Made by a program: the position numbers and the translations under genes. A DNA stretch of 64,000 nucleotides. Source: Acidimicrobiia bacterium. GTDB taxonomy: Bacteria; Actinomycetota; Acidimicrobiia; Spongiisociales; ZC4RG35. Where the stretch lies: contig DATFGI010000028.1 in assembly GCA_035249605.1 (NCBI GenBank), positions 4,616 to 68,615 of the forward strand. Reading direction: 5' to 3'. Position 1 is the stretch's first letter; the number at the start of each line of letters is the position of its first letter. The notes under the pieces are model-generated. The model made no database searches. It had not been told where the DNA came from and was given only the letters and a program-made list of their open reading frames with translations. Shown here piece after piece: positions 52,390-61,147 of the stretch.

Positions 52390-52911
52390 ATGGACATCAA
52401 GCCTCTGATCACCGCCGAGGAGATCGAAGAGAAGCTTGCCGACATGGGCAAGCGAATCACCACCGACTACCAGGGCAAGGAGCTCCTCCTGGTGGGGGTG
52501 CTTCGGGGTGCGTTCATGGTCATGGCCGACTTGGCGCGTCACCTCGACCTCCCCTGCGAGTTCGACTTCATGGCCGTCTCCTCATATGGGGCGTCGACCC
52601 AGACTTCGGGGGTGGTCCGCATCCTCAAGGACCTCGACGAGGAGATAGACGGCCGCCACGTTCTGATCGTCGAGGACATCATCGACTCGGGCCTCACCTT
52701 GAACTACTTGATCAAGAGTCTCAAGGTACGCAAGCCGGCCTCGCTCGAGATCGCGACGCTTCTCCTCAAGGAGGGGATCCAGCGGGTGCCTATCGATGTC
52801 AAGTACGTGGCATTCCCGATCGGCCCCGAGTTCGTGGTCGGATATGGCCTCGACTATGCGGGGAAGTACCGCAATCTCCCCTATGTCGGCGTCATGGGGG
52901 AACAATCCTGA
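52390..52911 (+). CDS. hpt: Hypoxanthine(-guanine) phosphoribosyltransferase.
   Basis: LLVGVLRGAFMVMADL, PRPP loop VLIVEDIIDSGLTL and VGYGLDYAGKYRNLPYV. Confidence 0.9.
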   Translation: MDIKPLITAEEIEEKLADMGKRITTDYQGKELLLVGVLRGAFMVMADLARHLDLPCEFDFMAVSSYGASTQTSGVVRILKDLDEEIDGRHVLIVEDIIDSGLTLNYLIKSLKVRKPASLEIATLLLKEGIQRVPIDVKYVAFPIGPEFVVGYGLDYAGKYRNLPYVGVMGEQS

Positions 52912-52981
52912 CGAGGACCGGGTTCGAATACGGGGCTATCCGTCGTAGCATCTACGAGAGCCCCCTCCGAACCGAGGTCTT

Positions 52982-54979
52982 GTGAACCGCACCCTGCGAA
53001 CCCTCATTGTCTACGGGATGTCGATCATCCTCGTCGCCATCCTGTTCTCGTGGTGGTTCGATCAGGTCGCCGGCCCCGAGGAGATCCCCATCTCCCAATT
53101 CGTCGAGAACATCGAGAGCGGTGAGTACGAAGAAGTCGTTTTGCTGGCCCGCTCCAAGAAGGCGCAGGGCCGGACCATGGGGAGCGACGCCGAGGAGGGC
53201 ACCTTCGACCAGGTGGCCGCCTACGTCGAGGGTTTCGAGCCCGAGCTGACCGCGACGCTGGAGGCGTCGGGCACCAAGTGGTCAACCAACGATGAGCCCG
53301 CCACCTTCTTCGAGCTCCTCATCGGGTTCCTCCCCTGGCTCTTCCTCCTCGGGTTCATGGTGTTCATCTTCATGCAGATGCAGGGTGGCGGGAACCGGGT
53401 GATGCAGTTCGGCAAGTCCCGGGCCAAGCTGGTCGGCAAGGAACAGCCCAAGGTCACCTTCGACGATGTCGCCGGTCTGCTCGAGGCCAAAGAAGAGCTC
53501 GAAGAGATCAAGGACTTCCTGGCCAATCCCGACCGCTACCGGCAGATGGGTGCGAAGATCCCCAAGGGCGTCCTCCTGTTCGGACCTCCCGGCACCGGCA
53601 AGACGTTGCTCGCCCGGGCGGTTGCAGGTGAGGCCGGCGTCCCCTTCATGTCGATCTCCGGATCCGACTTCGTCGAGATGTTCGTCGGTGTCGGCGCCGC
53701 CCGCGTCCGCGACCTGTTCGAACAAGCCAAGCAGAGCGCACCCGCCATCGTGTTCATCGACGAGATCGACGCCGTCGGTCGTCACCGCGGCGCCGGGCTC
53801 GGCGGCGGGCACGACGAGAGGGAGCAGACCCTCAACCAGCTCCTCGTCGAGCTGGACGGCTTCGCGGGCAACACCGGTGTGATCGTGATGGCAGCCACCA
53901 ACCGGCCCGACATCTTGGACCCGGCGTTGCTTCGTCCCGGCCGTTTCGACCGCCAGATCACAGTCGACGCCCCCGACGTCGAGAGCCGCGAGGCGATTCT
54001 CGCCGTCCACGCCCGGGGCAAGCCGCTAGGCGAGGACATCGATCTCGGCGTTCTCGCCCGCCGAACTCCTGGTTTCACCGGCGCCGACCTTGCCAACCTG
54101 ATCAACGAGGCGGCCCTGCTCGCCGCCCGCAAGCGGAGCAAGGAGATCACCATGGTCGAGCTCGAGGAGGCGATCGACCGTGTCATCGCCGGCCCCGAGC
54201 GCAAGACCCGGGTCCTCTCCGAGGACGAGCGAACGGTGATCGCCTACCACGAGACCGGCCACGCCCTGGTTGGTTACGCCCTCCCCAATTCCGACCCGGT
54301 GCACAAGATCACCATCGTCTCCCGGGGAAGGTCGCTTGGTCACACCCTCTCCCTGCCCACCCATGACAAGTACATCTCTCGTCGCAGTGAGTTGGTCGAC
54401 CGACTCGCCATGCTGCTCGGGGGCCGGACCGCCGAGGAGCTGATCTTCGCCGACCCCTCGACCGGTGCCGCCGACGACATCGAGAAGGCCACGACACTGG
54501 CTCGACGGATGGTCATGGAATACGGCATGAGCGACGAGTTGGGCCCGATGCAATACGGCAAGCCCAACGGCGAGGTGTTCTTGGGGCGTGACTACTCACG
54601 GCAGCAGGACTACTCCGACGAGGTGGCGGCTTTCATCGACGCCGAGGTGCGAAAGCTGATCAACGCCGCCCACGAGGAGGCGCGCACCATTCTGGAGCAC
54701 CATCGCGGTGCGCTGGAGCGGATGGTGGTTTCCCTTCTCGAAAGGGAGACGGTCGATCGCGACGAGGTCGCCGACATCTTCGCCGACGTGCCCAAGTGGG
54801 AGCACGCCTCCGACGGCTCGCTCCGCATCAAGTACCCGGACGAGCCCGTGCTGCCCCAACAGCGTGAGGACATCGCAGCCGCGGTGGCGAAAGACGAGGA
54901 GGAGACCGAGGAGGTCACCGAGTCGTTGGAGCTGGGACGCAAGCTGCCCCGCACCAAGGGACGGCCCGCCGAGGCCTAG
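52982..54979 (+). CDS. ftsH: ATP-dependent zinc metalloprotease FtsH.
   Basis: Two N-terminal TMs, AAA+ module ([22 protein letters not shown]), SRH, and the HETGHAL zinc site. Confidence 0.95.
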   Translation: MNRTLRTLIVYGMSIILVAILFSWWFDQVAGPEEIPISQFVENIESGEYEEVVLLARSKKAQGRTMGSDAEEGTFDQVAAYVEGFEPELTATLEASGTKWSTNDEPATFFELLIGFLPWLFLLGFMVFIFMQMQGGGNRVMQFGKSRAKLVGKEQPKVTFDDVAGLLEAKEELEEIKDFLANPDRYRQMGAKIPKGVLLFGPPGTGKTLLARAVAGEAGVPFMSISGSDFVEMFVGVGAARVRDLFEQAKQSAPAIVFIDEIDAVGRHRGAGLGGGHDEREQTLNQLLVELDGFAGNTGVIVMAATNRPDILDPALLRPGRFDRQITVDAPDVESREAILAVHARGKPLGEDIDLGVLARRTPGFTGADLANLINEAALLAARKRSKEITMVELEEAIDRVIAGPERKTRVLSEDERTVIAYHETGHALVGYALPNSDPVHKITIVSRGRSLGHTLSLPTHDKYISRRSELVDRLAMLLGGRTAEELIFADPSTGAADDIEKATTLARRMVMEYGMSDELGPMQYGKPNGEVFLGRDYSRQQDYSDEVAAFIDAEVRKLINAAHEEARTILEHHRGALERMVVSLLERETVDRDEVADIFADVPKWEHASDGSLRIKYPDEPVLPQQREDIAAAVAKDEEETEEVTESLELGRKLPRTKGRPAEA

Positions 54980-54997
54980 CCCTCTGGGGAAGCGGGT

Positions 54998-55756
54998 TCA
55001 GACCCTTTCGATGGTGAAATCGCCCGAGACCAGCTTGGCGCGGATCGACATGTTGCGGGTGGGGGTGCCCTGGCTGGGCTCGGGGTCGGGGAGTCGGACC
55101 TTGCCCGAGAGGGTGCTCACATCGAGCTCGATCCTGCTCCCGGAGGGGATCCCCAGGTCGATGCTCCCCGACATCGCCTTGAAGTTGGCGCTGCGGCCGG
55201 TGTAGTTGCGGATCGAGGCGTCGCCGGAGGCGGTGTTCATCTCGATGGTGGCGTCGGACTTCTCGATCTCGATGTCGCCGGATGCGGTCGAGACCACCGC
55301 CGAGCCGTCGAGCCGGCTCACCACCCGGACATCGCCGGAGGCCGAGGTGACCCTGAGGGCACGCTTCACCGTGTCTACGTGAAGGTCTCCGCTGGCGGTC
55401 TTCACCACCAGTGTCTCGGCCTGGCGGATGTCGATGTCTCCGGAGGCGCTCTTTACCTCCACCTTGCCCAGGTCGACGTCGGCGGTCACCGGGGCAGAGG
55501 CAACACTCGCCCTGAGGTCGCTCCCCGGAGGGGTCTCGATGACCACATAGGCCGAGCCGCGGGACAACCACCCGGCGTTGGTGTCGGAGGAAACCAGGAT
55601 CGTGTTGCCCCGCTGCTCGACGATGAAGCCGGGAAGCCTGGTGTCGACGGTGATATCCACCCTCCCGGAGTCGGTCTCGTGTACTTCGAGCCGGCCCGCC
55701 TCTACGCGGACATCGAGGTCGGGCAGCCCGTCGACCGAGAACGTCTTGTGGATCAC
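54998..55756 (-). CDS. DUF4097-family beta-strand-repeat protein.
   Basis: Repeated (T/S)ASGD(I/V/L/A) strands (SASGDIDI, TASGDLHV, SASGDVRV, TASGDIEI, TASGDASI). 252 aa. Confidence 0.75.
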   Translation of the reverse strand: MIHKTFSVDGLPDLDVRVEAGRLEVHETDSGRVDITVDTRLPGFIVEQRGNTILVSSDTNAGWLSRGSAYVVIETPPGSDLRASVASAPVTADVDLGKVEVKSASGDIDIRQAETLVVKTASGDLHVDTVKRALRVTSASGDVRVVSRLDGSAVVSTASGDIEIEKSDATIEMNTASGDASIRNYTGRSANFKAMSGSIDLGIPSGSRIELDVSTLSGKVRLPDPEPSQGTPTRNMSIRAKLVSGDFTIERV

Positions 55757-56217
55757 AGCTCGAGGGTCGTCTTGGTCTGGTTGCCCGTCGACCGACGCCG
55801 CCGTGCCTTGTTGCTCAACAGCTCGACGACATAGGAGTTGATCGAGTCCCCGGCGCTCTCCGCCTCGACGGAGATGAGGTCCTTGAGGTATCCGGGAAGC
55901 CGCACCGTGATTCGGGCCTCGTCGGAGTCCTCGCTCCCCGGTGGGGGCGGCGGCGGAGGAGGGGGGACGGCGGAGAGATCCTCGCGCACCACGAGCTCGG
56001 GGTCGCCGTCGACCAGCTTGATGTCGATGGCTTGGGTGTCCAGCTGGCTGGAGATCTCGGCGACGGCCATCGTGACCACTTCCATCATGGTTTGTTTGAT
56101 CGCGGGCCGAAGGGCCGCCAACAGCTGGGTTCCCGCTTCGGCGATCTCAGGCCCTGCCACCCGAAGCTGGGTCTCCACGGCCGTCTCGAGATTGGTGATT
56201 GCGTGGGAAAGCTGCAT
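55753..56217 (-). CDS. Hypothetical protein with a C-terminal ribbon-helix-helix (CopG/Arc-like) segment and a 10-residue polyproline run.
   Basis: ARITVRLPGYLKDLISVEAESAGDSINSYVVELL resembles an RHH fold (inference). PPPPPPPPPP linker. 4-nt overlap with the DUF4097 gene. Confidence 0.6.
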   Translation of the reverse strand: MQLSHAITNLETAVETQLRVAGPEIAEAGTQLLAALRPAIKQTMMEVVTMAVAEISSQLDTQAIDIKLVDGDPELVVREDLSAVPPPPPPPPPGSEDSDEARITVRLPGYLKDLISVEAESAGDSINSYVVELLSNKARRRRSTGNQTKTTLEL

Positions 56218-56300
56218 CAGCGCTTCGGCTTGGGCCGGTAGTTGCGGATGCGCTGTTCCATCAGCGCCTCTATCTGGTTGGGGATCATGGTCACCAACAT
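56217..56300 (-). CDS. Candidate 27-aa upstream small ORF (MLVTMIPNQIEALMEQRIRNYRPKPKR).
   Basis: Not in the ORF track because it is under 60 aa. GAGGAG RBS lies 7 nt before ATG 56300, and its TGA stop overlaps ATG 56217 of the next gene (TGATG). Confidence 0.3.
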   Translation of the reverse strand: MLVTMIPNQIEALMEQRIRNYRPKPKR

Positions 56301-56312
56301 CAGCGTCTCCTC

Positions 56313-56381
56313 GGTGTCACTGCGACATCAATATGATGTCAGAATGATGTCACCATACAGTCATAGTGACGTCACTGTCAA
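56313..56381 (-). promoter_or_regulatory. AT-rich promoter/operator region with a dense TGATGTCA / GTGAC repeat array.
   Basis: On the minus strand, TTGACA (56381-56376), N18, then TATGGT (57-52). Inverted repeat GACATCA-ATA-TGATGTC lies at 56324-56340. Direct repeats of ATGATGTCA lie at 56333 and 56344. Palindrome GTGACGTCAC is at 56366-56375 and GTGTCAC at 56314. Confidence 0.5.
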
Positions 56382-56565
56382 CCCCCCAGTCTCGATTTGA
56401 TTCACCCACCACCAGTGGCCCGTCGCCCAAATAATGACGGCGTCTCTCCGGCCCTCGACGCCCCAGGCTGCGTCCAAAATGCTCGCCGCAGCTACCGGCT
56501 GCGACTGCGCTTTTCTCCTTGCCAGATGACGCCGATGACTCGGAGACACGTGCGCCCCATTTGGA

Positions 56566-56583
56566 CGACAGACCACTAGCTTC
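56566..56583 (+). promoter_or_regulatory. 18-nt element CGACAGACCACTAGCTTC (copy 2). Its TAGCTT lies 8 nt before the folE ATG, implying a leaderless transcript.
   Basis: Identical to 52336-52353. TAGCTT is at 56577-56582 and the ATG at 56591. Confidence 0.45.
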
Positions 56584-56590
56584 CAACTGC

Positions 56591-57166
56591 ATGAGCGAGA
56601 TCGACACCGGCCGCATCGAAAAGGCGATGAGGGAGATAATCGAGGCGCTCGGTGAGGACCCGATGCGAGAGGGGCTGAGGGAGACACCCGAGCGGGTGGC
56701 CCGCTTCTACGCCGAGGTCTTCGAGGGTTTGCACGGCGATCCCGGCGACGTCGTCGACGCCTTCTTCGGCGAGGAGCATTACCAGGAGATCGTCATGGTG
56801 CGCGAGATCGCCTTCTACTCGATGTGCGAGCACCACTTCGTCCCCTTCCACGGAAAGGCGCATGTGGCCTACCTGCCCGACGGACGGGTCACCGGCCTCT
56901 CCAAGCTGGCCCGACTCGTCGAAGGATTCGCCCGCCGTCCCCAGATGCAGGAGCGGCTCACCGCCCAGGTGGCGGATTGCCTGAACGACCGTCTCCAGCC
57001 GCTTGGCGTGCTGGTCGTGGTCGAGGCCGAGCACCTCTGCATGTCGATGCGTGGGGTGAGGAAGCCCGGTGCGCTCACGGTGACCTCCGCGGTGCGCGGC
57101 ATCATGGAGACCAACCCGGCGACCAGGGCCGAGGCGATGTCACTCCTCTTCGGCACTCGTAGTTGA
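56591..57166 (+). CDS. folE: GTP cyclohydrolase I.
   Basis: [35 protein letters not shown] and RPQMQERLT. Confidence 0.92.
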   Translation: MSEIDTGRIEKAMREIIEALGEDPMREGLRETPERVARFYAEVFEGLHGDPGDVVDAFFGEEHYQEIVMVREIAFYSMCEHHFVPFHGKAHVAYLPDGRVTGLSKLARLVEGFARRPQMQERLTAQVADCLNDRLQPLGVLVVVEAEHLCMSMRGVRKPGALTVTSAVRGIMETNPATRAEAMSLLFGTRS

Positions 57167-58035
57167 CGGGGAGCCCGGCCTCTTCCTGGTCGGTCTCCGG
57201 GGGCCGGATCCCTTTGTCAGGAGGTGCCCTGGTCGGGGTGGTCAACGTCACCCCCGACTCCTTCTCGGATGGCGGTGACCACGCCGAGCCCGATGCAGCC
57301 ATCGCGCGTGGTCTCAAGTTGATGACCCAGGGAGCGGCCCTAGTGGACGTTGGCGGCGAGTCGACCCGGCCCGGGGCCACACCCGTTCCCGAGGAAGAGG
57401 AGATGCGCCGTCTCATGCCTGTGGTCACCGGTCTCGTCTCGGCCGGCGTCCCGGTGAGTGTCGACACGTACAAGCCCGCTGTGGCGGCAGCGGCACTGTC
57501 CGAGGGGGCGGTGGTTGTCAACGACGTGACGGGGTTCCGGGACCGGGGCATGGTCGAGGTGGTAGCGGGCTCCGATTGCGGGGTAGTGGCGATGCACATG
57601 CAAGGCACCCCCCTCGACATGCACGTCGACCCGTCTTACGACGATGTGGTGTCCGAGGTCACCGACTACCTACTGGAAAAGGTGGAGACATTGCGGGCTG
57701 CGGGTGTCGACGAGACGCGCATCGCCATCGATCCCGGAATCGGGTTCGGCAAGCGTGCCCATCACAGCATCGACTTGCTCGCCCACCTGGACCAGCTAGC
57801 GGCACACGGTCTCCCGGTGATGGTGGGGACCTCGCGAAAGGGCTTTCTCGGAAAGCTGGTGTCAGAAGACACCCGGTCAAACCGTGATCAGGCGACCGCG
57901 GTCGCCAATGCCCTCGCCTATGCCCGTGGTGCAAGGCTTTTTCGGGTGCACGACGTAGCCCGATCGAGAGACGCGCTCAAGGTGGCTGCAGCTATCGTGG
58001 CGAACCAAGAATGGGACGAATGGTTGCAGGCTTGA
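57163..58035 (+). CDS. folP: Dihydropteroate synthase.
   Basis: TTGA overlap with the folE stop. [39 protein letters not shown] and GTSRKGF. Confidence 0.9.
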   Translation: MTGSPASSWSVSGGRIPLSGGALVGVVNVTPDSFSDGGDHAEPDAAIARGLKLMTQGAALVDVGGESTRPGATPVPEEEEMRRLMPVVTGLVSAGVPVSVDTYKPAVAAAALSEGAVVVNDVTGFRDRGMVEVVAGSDCGVVAMHMQGTPLDMHVDPSYDDVVSEVTDYLLEKVETLRAAGVDETRIAIDPGIGFGKRAHHSIDLLAHLDQLAAHGLPVMVGTSRKGFLGKLVSEDTRSNRDQATAVANALAYARGARLFRVHDVARSRDALKVAAAIVANQEWDEWLQA

Positions 58036-58505
58036 AGCCTCGAGGGTTCACCTGGGTCATCTCGGACAAACTCGCTGTCTCCGACCGCGTGGGTGGATCG
58101 GGATTCCAGCATCGCAAGGTGCGCCGGGAAGAAGAGATCACCTGGCTCGTGGAGGAGGCGGAGATCAACACCATCGTCTCGATGCTCCCGGGGAACCAGA
58201 ACCTCGCCGCGTATCGCCAGGCCGGAATCGCCACCTACTCGGTGCCCTTGGCCAACCCGGTGGCCAACAATGACGTCAAGCGTTTCTTCGGCACTCTGGA
58301 TCAGGCTCTGAGCCGCAACCACGCCCGGGTGCTGATCCATCGGGAGACGATCGACGACACGATCGGCGGTCTCCTCGGCGGCTACCTGGTGAATTCGGGC
58401 CTGGTGGATGATCCGATCCTCGCCCTCGCTCTCATCCAGCAGATCCTGGGTCGGGCATTGGGCCCAGAGGGCCGTTCTCTCATCCCCGAGGCCACCGGCC
58501 ATTGA
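58032..58505 (+). CDS. Dual-specificity / tyrosine-phosphatase-fold-like protein lacking the catalytic CX5R cysteine (no Cys in the protein).
   Basis: FTWVISDKLAVSD..., INTIVSML and VLIHRETIDDTIGGLLGGYLV align by eye to the VLVHCxAGxGRTG..AYL P-loop region, with C replaced by R and R by T. TTG 58032 gives the same TTGA coupling as the other junctions; ATG 58011 is the alternative. Confidence 0.55.
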   Translation: MKPRGFTWVISDKLAVSDRVGGSGFQHRKVRREEEITWLVEEAEINTIVSMLPGNQNLAAYRQAGIATYSVPLANPVANNDVKRFFGTLDQALSRNHARVLIHRETIDDTIGGLLGGYLVNSGLVDDPILALALIQQILGRALGPEGRSLIPEATGH

Positions 58506-58861
58506 ACGACCGCATCGAGTTGAGGGGCATCGAGGTCCTCGCCCGGCACGGTGTGCTGGCCAGCGAGCAGGAGCGGGCCCAGGTCTTCAAGGTGGATGTG
58601 ACCGCCTACGCCGACCTCTCCAAACCCGGGAAGAGCGACGACCTCTCCGACGCCCTCGACTACTCCGAGCTCGCCCTGGAGATACGTGAGGTCGTCGGTT
58701 CGGACTCCGTCAAGCTGATCGAGACCGTGGCGGCCCGAGTGGCCGACGCGGTCATGGCCCATCCCCAGGTCGAGAGATCGGTGGTGACCATCCACAAGCC
58801 GGACGCACCGATCGACATGGTTTTCGAGGACGTCTCGGTGACCATCGATCGGAGTCGGTGA
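58502..58861 (+). CDS. folB: Dihydroneopterin aldolase.
   Basis: TTGA overlap. IELRGIEVLARHGVLASEQERAQVFKVDV...DYSEL and TIHKPDAP. Confidence 0.85.
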   Translation: MNDRIELRGIEVLARHGVLASEQERAQVFKVDVTAYADLSKPGKSDDLSDALDYSELALEIREVVGSDSVKLIETVAARVADAVMAHPQVERSVVTIHKPDAPIDMVFEDVSVTIDRSR

Positions 58862-59808
58862 CCCGGTACGCCGTCGGGCTCGGCTCCAACATCGGAGACC
58901 GACTCGGGCACATGCAGCGGGCATGCGCCGCCCTAGCCGGGCTTGGGACCGACCTCAGCATCGCTCCGCTATACGAGTCTGCCCCGGTCGGGGGACCGGA
59001 TCAGGACCCGTATCTCAACTCGGTGGTCGTCCTCGAATCTGACTTGGCGCCTGGTGAGCTCCTCGACCGCCTTCATGAGATCGAACACGAGGAGGGCAGG
59101 GAACGGAAGACCCACTGGGGCCCGAGGACACTCGACCTCGACATCGTCTCCACCGACGGTTCCCCTATCAGCACCGAGGTGCTCACGGTGCCTCATCCCC
59201 GCGCCTCGGAGCGGGAGTTCGTGCTGCGACCGTTGGTGGAGATATGGCCCGAAGCCCCGGTGGCGAAGGACCTGACCGCGGCCGGCGCGCTGGCCGGGAT
59301 GGAACCCCAAGACGTCGATCTCCTCGCCCGGGTCTGGCTGCCCCCACGGCCTCTGTGGCCGGCGTATGCGCTCGTCGCCGGTCAGTTCATCCTCATGTTG
59401 ACCGTGGCCGTGGTGATCTGGCTCGACGGCACGCTGCCCCGGGAGGCGACCGTCACCGGCGTGCTCGGGGCGGCGCTGGTTTTGCTCGGGCTCGGGCTGG
59501 CTCTGGCTGCCGCCCGACGTCTCGGCGTCCCGCTCAGCGCGGTCCCCGTCCCCCGCCCCGGGGCCCATCTGGTGACCGGCGGTCCCTTCCGGGCCGCCCG
59601 TCATCCCATATACGGCGGAATCTCGCTGGCAGCGATCGGTACCGGCCTCGCCTTCGACAGCCTCTGGGGGATGGTCATGTCCCTCATACTCCTGGTGTTC
59701 TTCTGGTTCAAGTCTTCGTACGAGGAGCGCCAGTTGCGGATCCAGTTCGCCGACTACCGGGCATACCGGGGGAGAGTCACGAGACGCCTCATTCCAGGGG
59801 TCCTCTAG
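58858..59808 (+). CDS. folK: HPPK (2-amino-4-hydroxy-6-hydroxymethyldihydropteridine diphosphokinase) fused to a C-terminal ICMT/PEMT-like membrane methyltransferase domain.
   Basis: The N-terminal ~140 aa are HPPK (AVGLGSNIGDR, YESAPVGGPDQDPYLN, WGPRTLDLDI, HPRASEREFVLRPL). The C-terminal ~155 aa have 4 TM helices with LVTGGPFRAARHPIYGG and SYEERQLRIQFADYRAYRGRVTRRLIP. It is a single uninterrupted ORF. Confidence 0.8.
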   Translation: MTRYAVGLGSNIGDRLGHMQRACAALAGLGTDLSIAPLYESAPVGGPDQDPYLNSVVVLESDLAPGELLDRLHEIEHEEGRERKTHWGPRTLDLDIVSTDGSPISTEVLTVPHPRASEREFVLRPLVEIWPEAPVAKDLTAAGALAGMEPQDVDLLARVWLPPRPLWPAYALVAGQFILMLTVAVVIWLDGTLPREATVTGVLGAALVLLGLGLALAAARRLGVPLSAVPVPRPGAHLVTGGPFRAARHPIYGGISLAAIGTGLAFDSLWGMVMSLILLVFFWFKSSYEERQLRIQFADYRAYRGRVTRRLIPGVL

Positions 59809-59918
59809 CCGCCCCGTTCGACTATTCGTCGCGCCTGCTAGCTTCGGGACATGGCGACAGGCCGCGGCCCGCCCTCACCTGTTGGTGACGAGACCAGGTT
59901 CACAACAGGAGGTATTGA

Positions 59919-60251
59919 ATGGCCAAACGGTCGCGAAGGCATCGTCGGGAGATCCCCGGATACGACGAGAGCAGACCCAGCCGCGAGGAGCGCAAGAAGC
60001 AGCATCGAGCGACTCGCCACGCCGCCAACCAGGTGCTCCACACCTTCGAGGACCCCGACGGGGTCGTCCTCCCCGAGGAGCGGCGAACCCGCACCCACGA
60101 GACCAGCAACGGCCACTTCGGCCCCGCCAGGCGAAGGTTCCGGGTGTGGAAGACGAAGTTTTGGAAACGCAGATTCGACTACAAGGATGAAAAGGCCGCC
60201 CTCGACTCGGTGTGGCCGGTGGTAACCCCCGACCAACTCCAGGAGGACTAG
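59919..60251 (+). CDS. Hypothetical, very basic 110-aa protein.
   Basis: AGGAGG RBS lies 7 nt before the ATG. GC3 bias is strong in this frame and weaker in the overlapping 59851 frame. No recognised motif. Confidence 0.55.
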   Translation: MAKRSRRHRREIPGYDESRPSREERKKQHRATRHAANQVLHTFEDPDGVVLPEERRTRTHETSNGHFGPARRRFRVWKTKFWKRRFDYKDEKAALDSVWPVVTPDQLQED

Positions 60252-60355
60252 CGCCCTGGGCCCGCGTTCCTCGAGGAGTGCGTCACCCTGCCCCGGGACG
60301 TTCGCCGGGGCGAATGGTTGTAGCCTCGCCGCTCAGTGTCCCGGCGAGAATCTCA

Positions 60356-61147
60356 ATGCGCATCGTGATCGTGGGGCCGGGACGGGCCGGCGGGGCGATC
60401 GGTATCGCTTCCGAGGCGGCGGGGCACGAGATTGCGGGAGTGCTCACCCGACACCCGGACACGACGCGGTGGCCGATCCTCGACTGGGACGCACCACTCC
60501 CTGAGGTCGATCTGGCGCTGGTGGCGGTGCGTGACGACGCCATCGCCGAAGTCGTGGCCAGGATCGTCCGTCGAGTCTCGGACGTGGGGGTGGTCGCCCA
60601 TCTCTCCGGTTTCGTCCCGGTCATGGCGTTGCGCCCCATCCAGGAGCAGGGCACGGCGGTCGGAGGGTTTCACCCCCTCCAGTCGCTACCCGACGCTGAA
60701 AGCGGCGCCACTGCACTCGCCGGCGCATTCGTCGGGATCGACGGCGATGCCCTGGCCGTCGATGTGCTCACCTATCTCGGCACCTCGTTGCAGATGGAGC
60801 CTTTCCGTCTCGACGACACCGCCCGCCCCGCATATCACGCCGCTGCCGCCGCCGCCTCCAACTTCGTGGTGACCGCCCTTGCGGTCTCCGCCGACTTGTT
60901 CCGATCAGCGGGGATCGATCCCCGGGTCTCCCGTCCCCTCGTGGAGCGGGCCCTGGCCAACGTCTTCGACAAGGGCCCGGCGGCCTCACTGACCGGGCCG
61001 ATAGCCCGGGGCGACATCGACACCGTGATCGGCCATCTCACCGCGGCTCACGAAGTGTCCGAGTACGTGGGCAGGCAATTCAGTCTCATGGCTGAGGCGA
61101 CGACGATCCGGGCCGGCCGCGAGGAGGACCTGCACAGGTGGAAGTGA
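60356..61147 (+). CDS. Rossmann-fold DUF2520-family protein (putative NAD(P)-dependent oxidoreductase upstream of panC).
   Basis: MRIVIVGPGRAGGAIG dinucleotide-binding motif. Its position before panC matches mycobacterial synteny. Start reset to ATG 60356. Confidence 0.7.
   Translation: MRIVIVGPGRAGGAIGIASEAAGHEIAGVLTRHPDTTRWPILDWDAPLPEVDLALVAVRDDAIAEVVARIVRRVSDVGVVAHLSGFVPVMALRPIQEQGTAVGGFHPLQSLPDAESGATALAGAFVGIDGDALAVDVLTYLGTSLQMEPFRLDDTARPAYHAAAAAASNFVVTALAVSADLFRSAGIDPRVSRPLVERALANVFDKGPAASLTGPIARGDIDTVIGHLTAAHEVSEYVGRQFSLMAEATTIRAGREEDLHRWK

Noticed and set aside
56382-56590. THF or another riboswitch upstream of folE.
   Set aside because: A -10-like TAGCTT lies 8 nt from the ATG and implies a leaderless mRNA, which leaves no 5' UTR. 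I also could not recognise any conserved riboswitch core sequences by eye.
59851-60225. 124-aa ORF in an alternative frame, starting 6 nt after a TAGCTT hexamer.
   Set aside because: Its third-position GC bias is clearly weaker than in the overlapping 59919-60251 frame, which also has a consensus RBS. It is kept only as a note under the corresponding finding.
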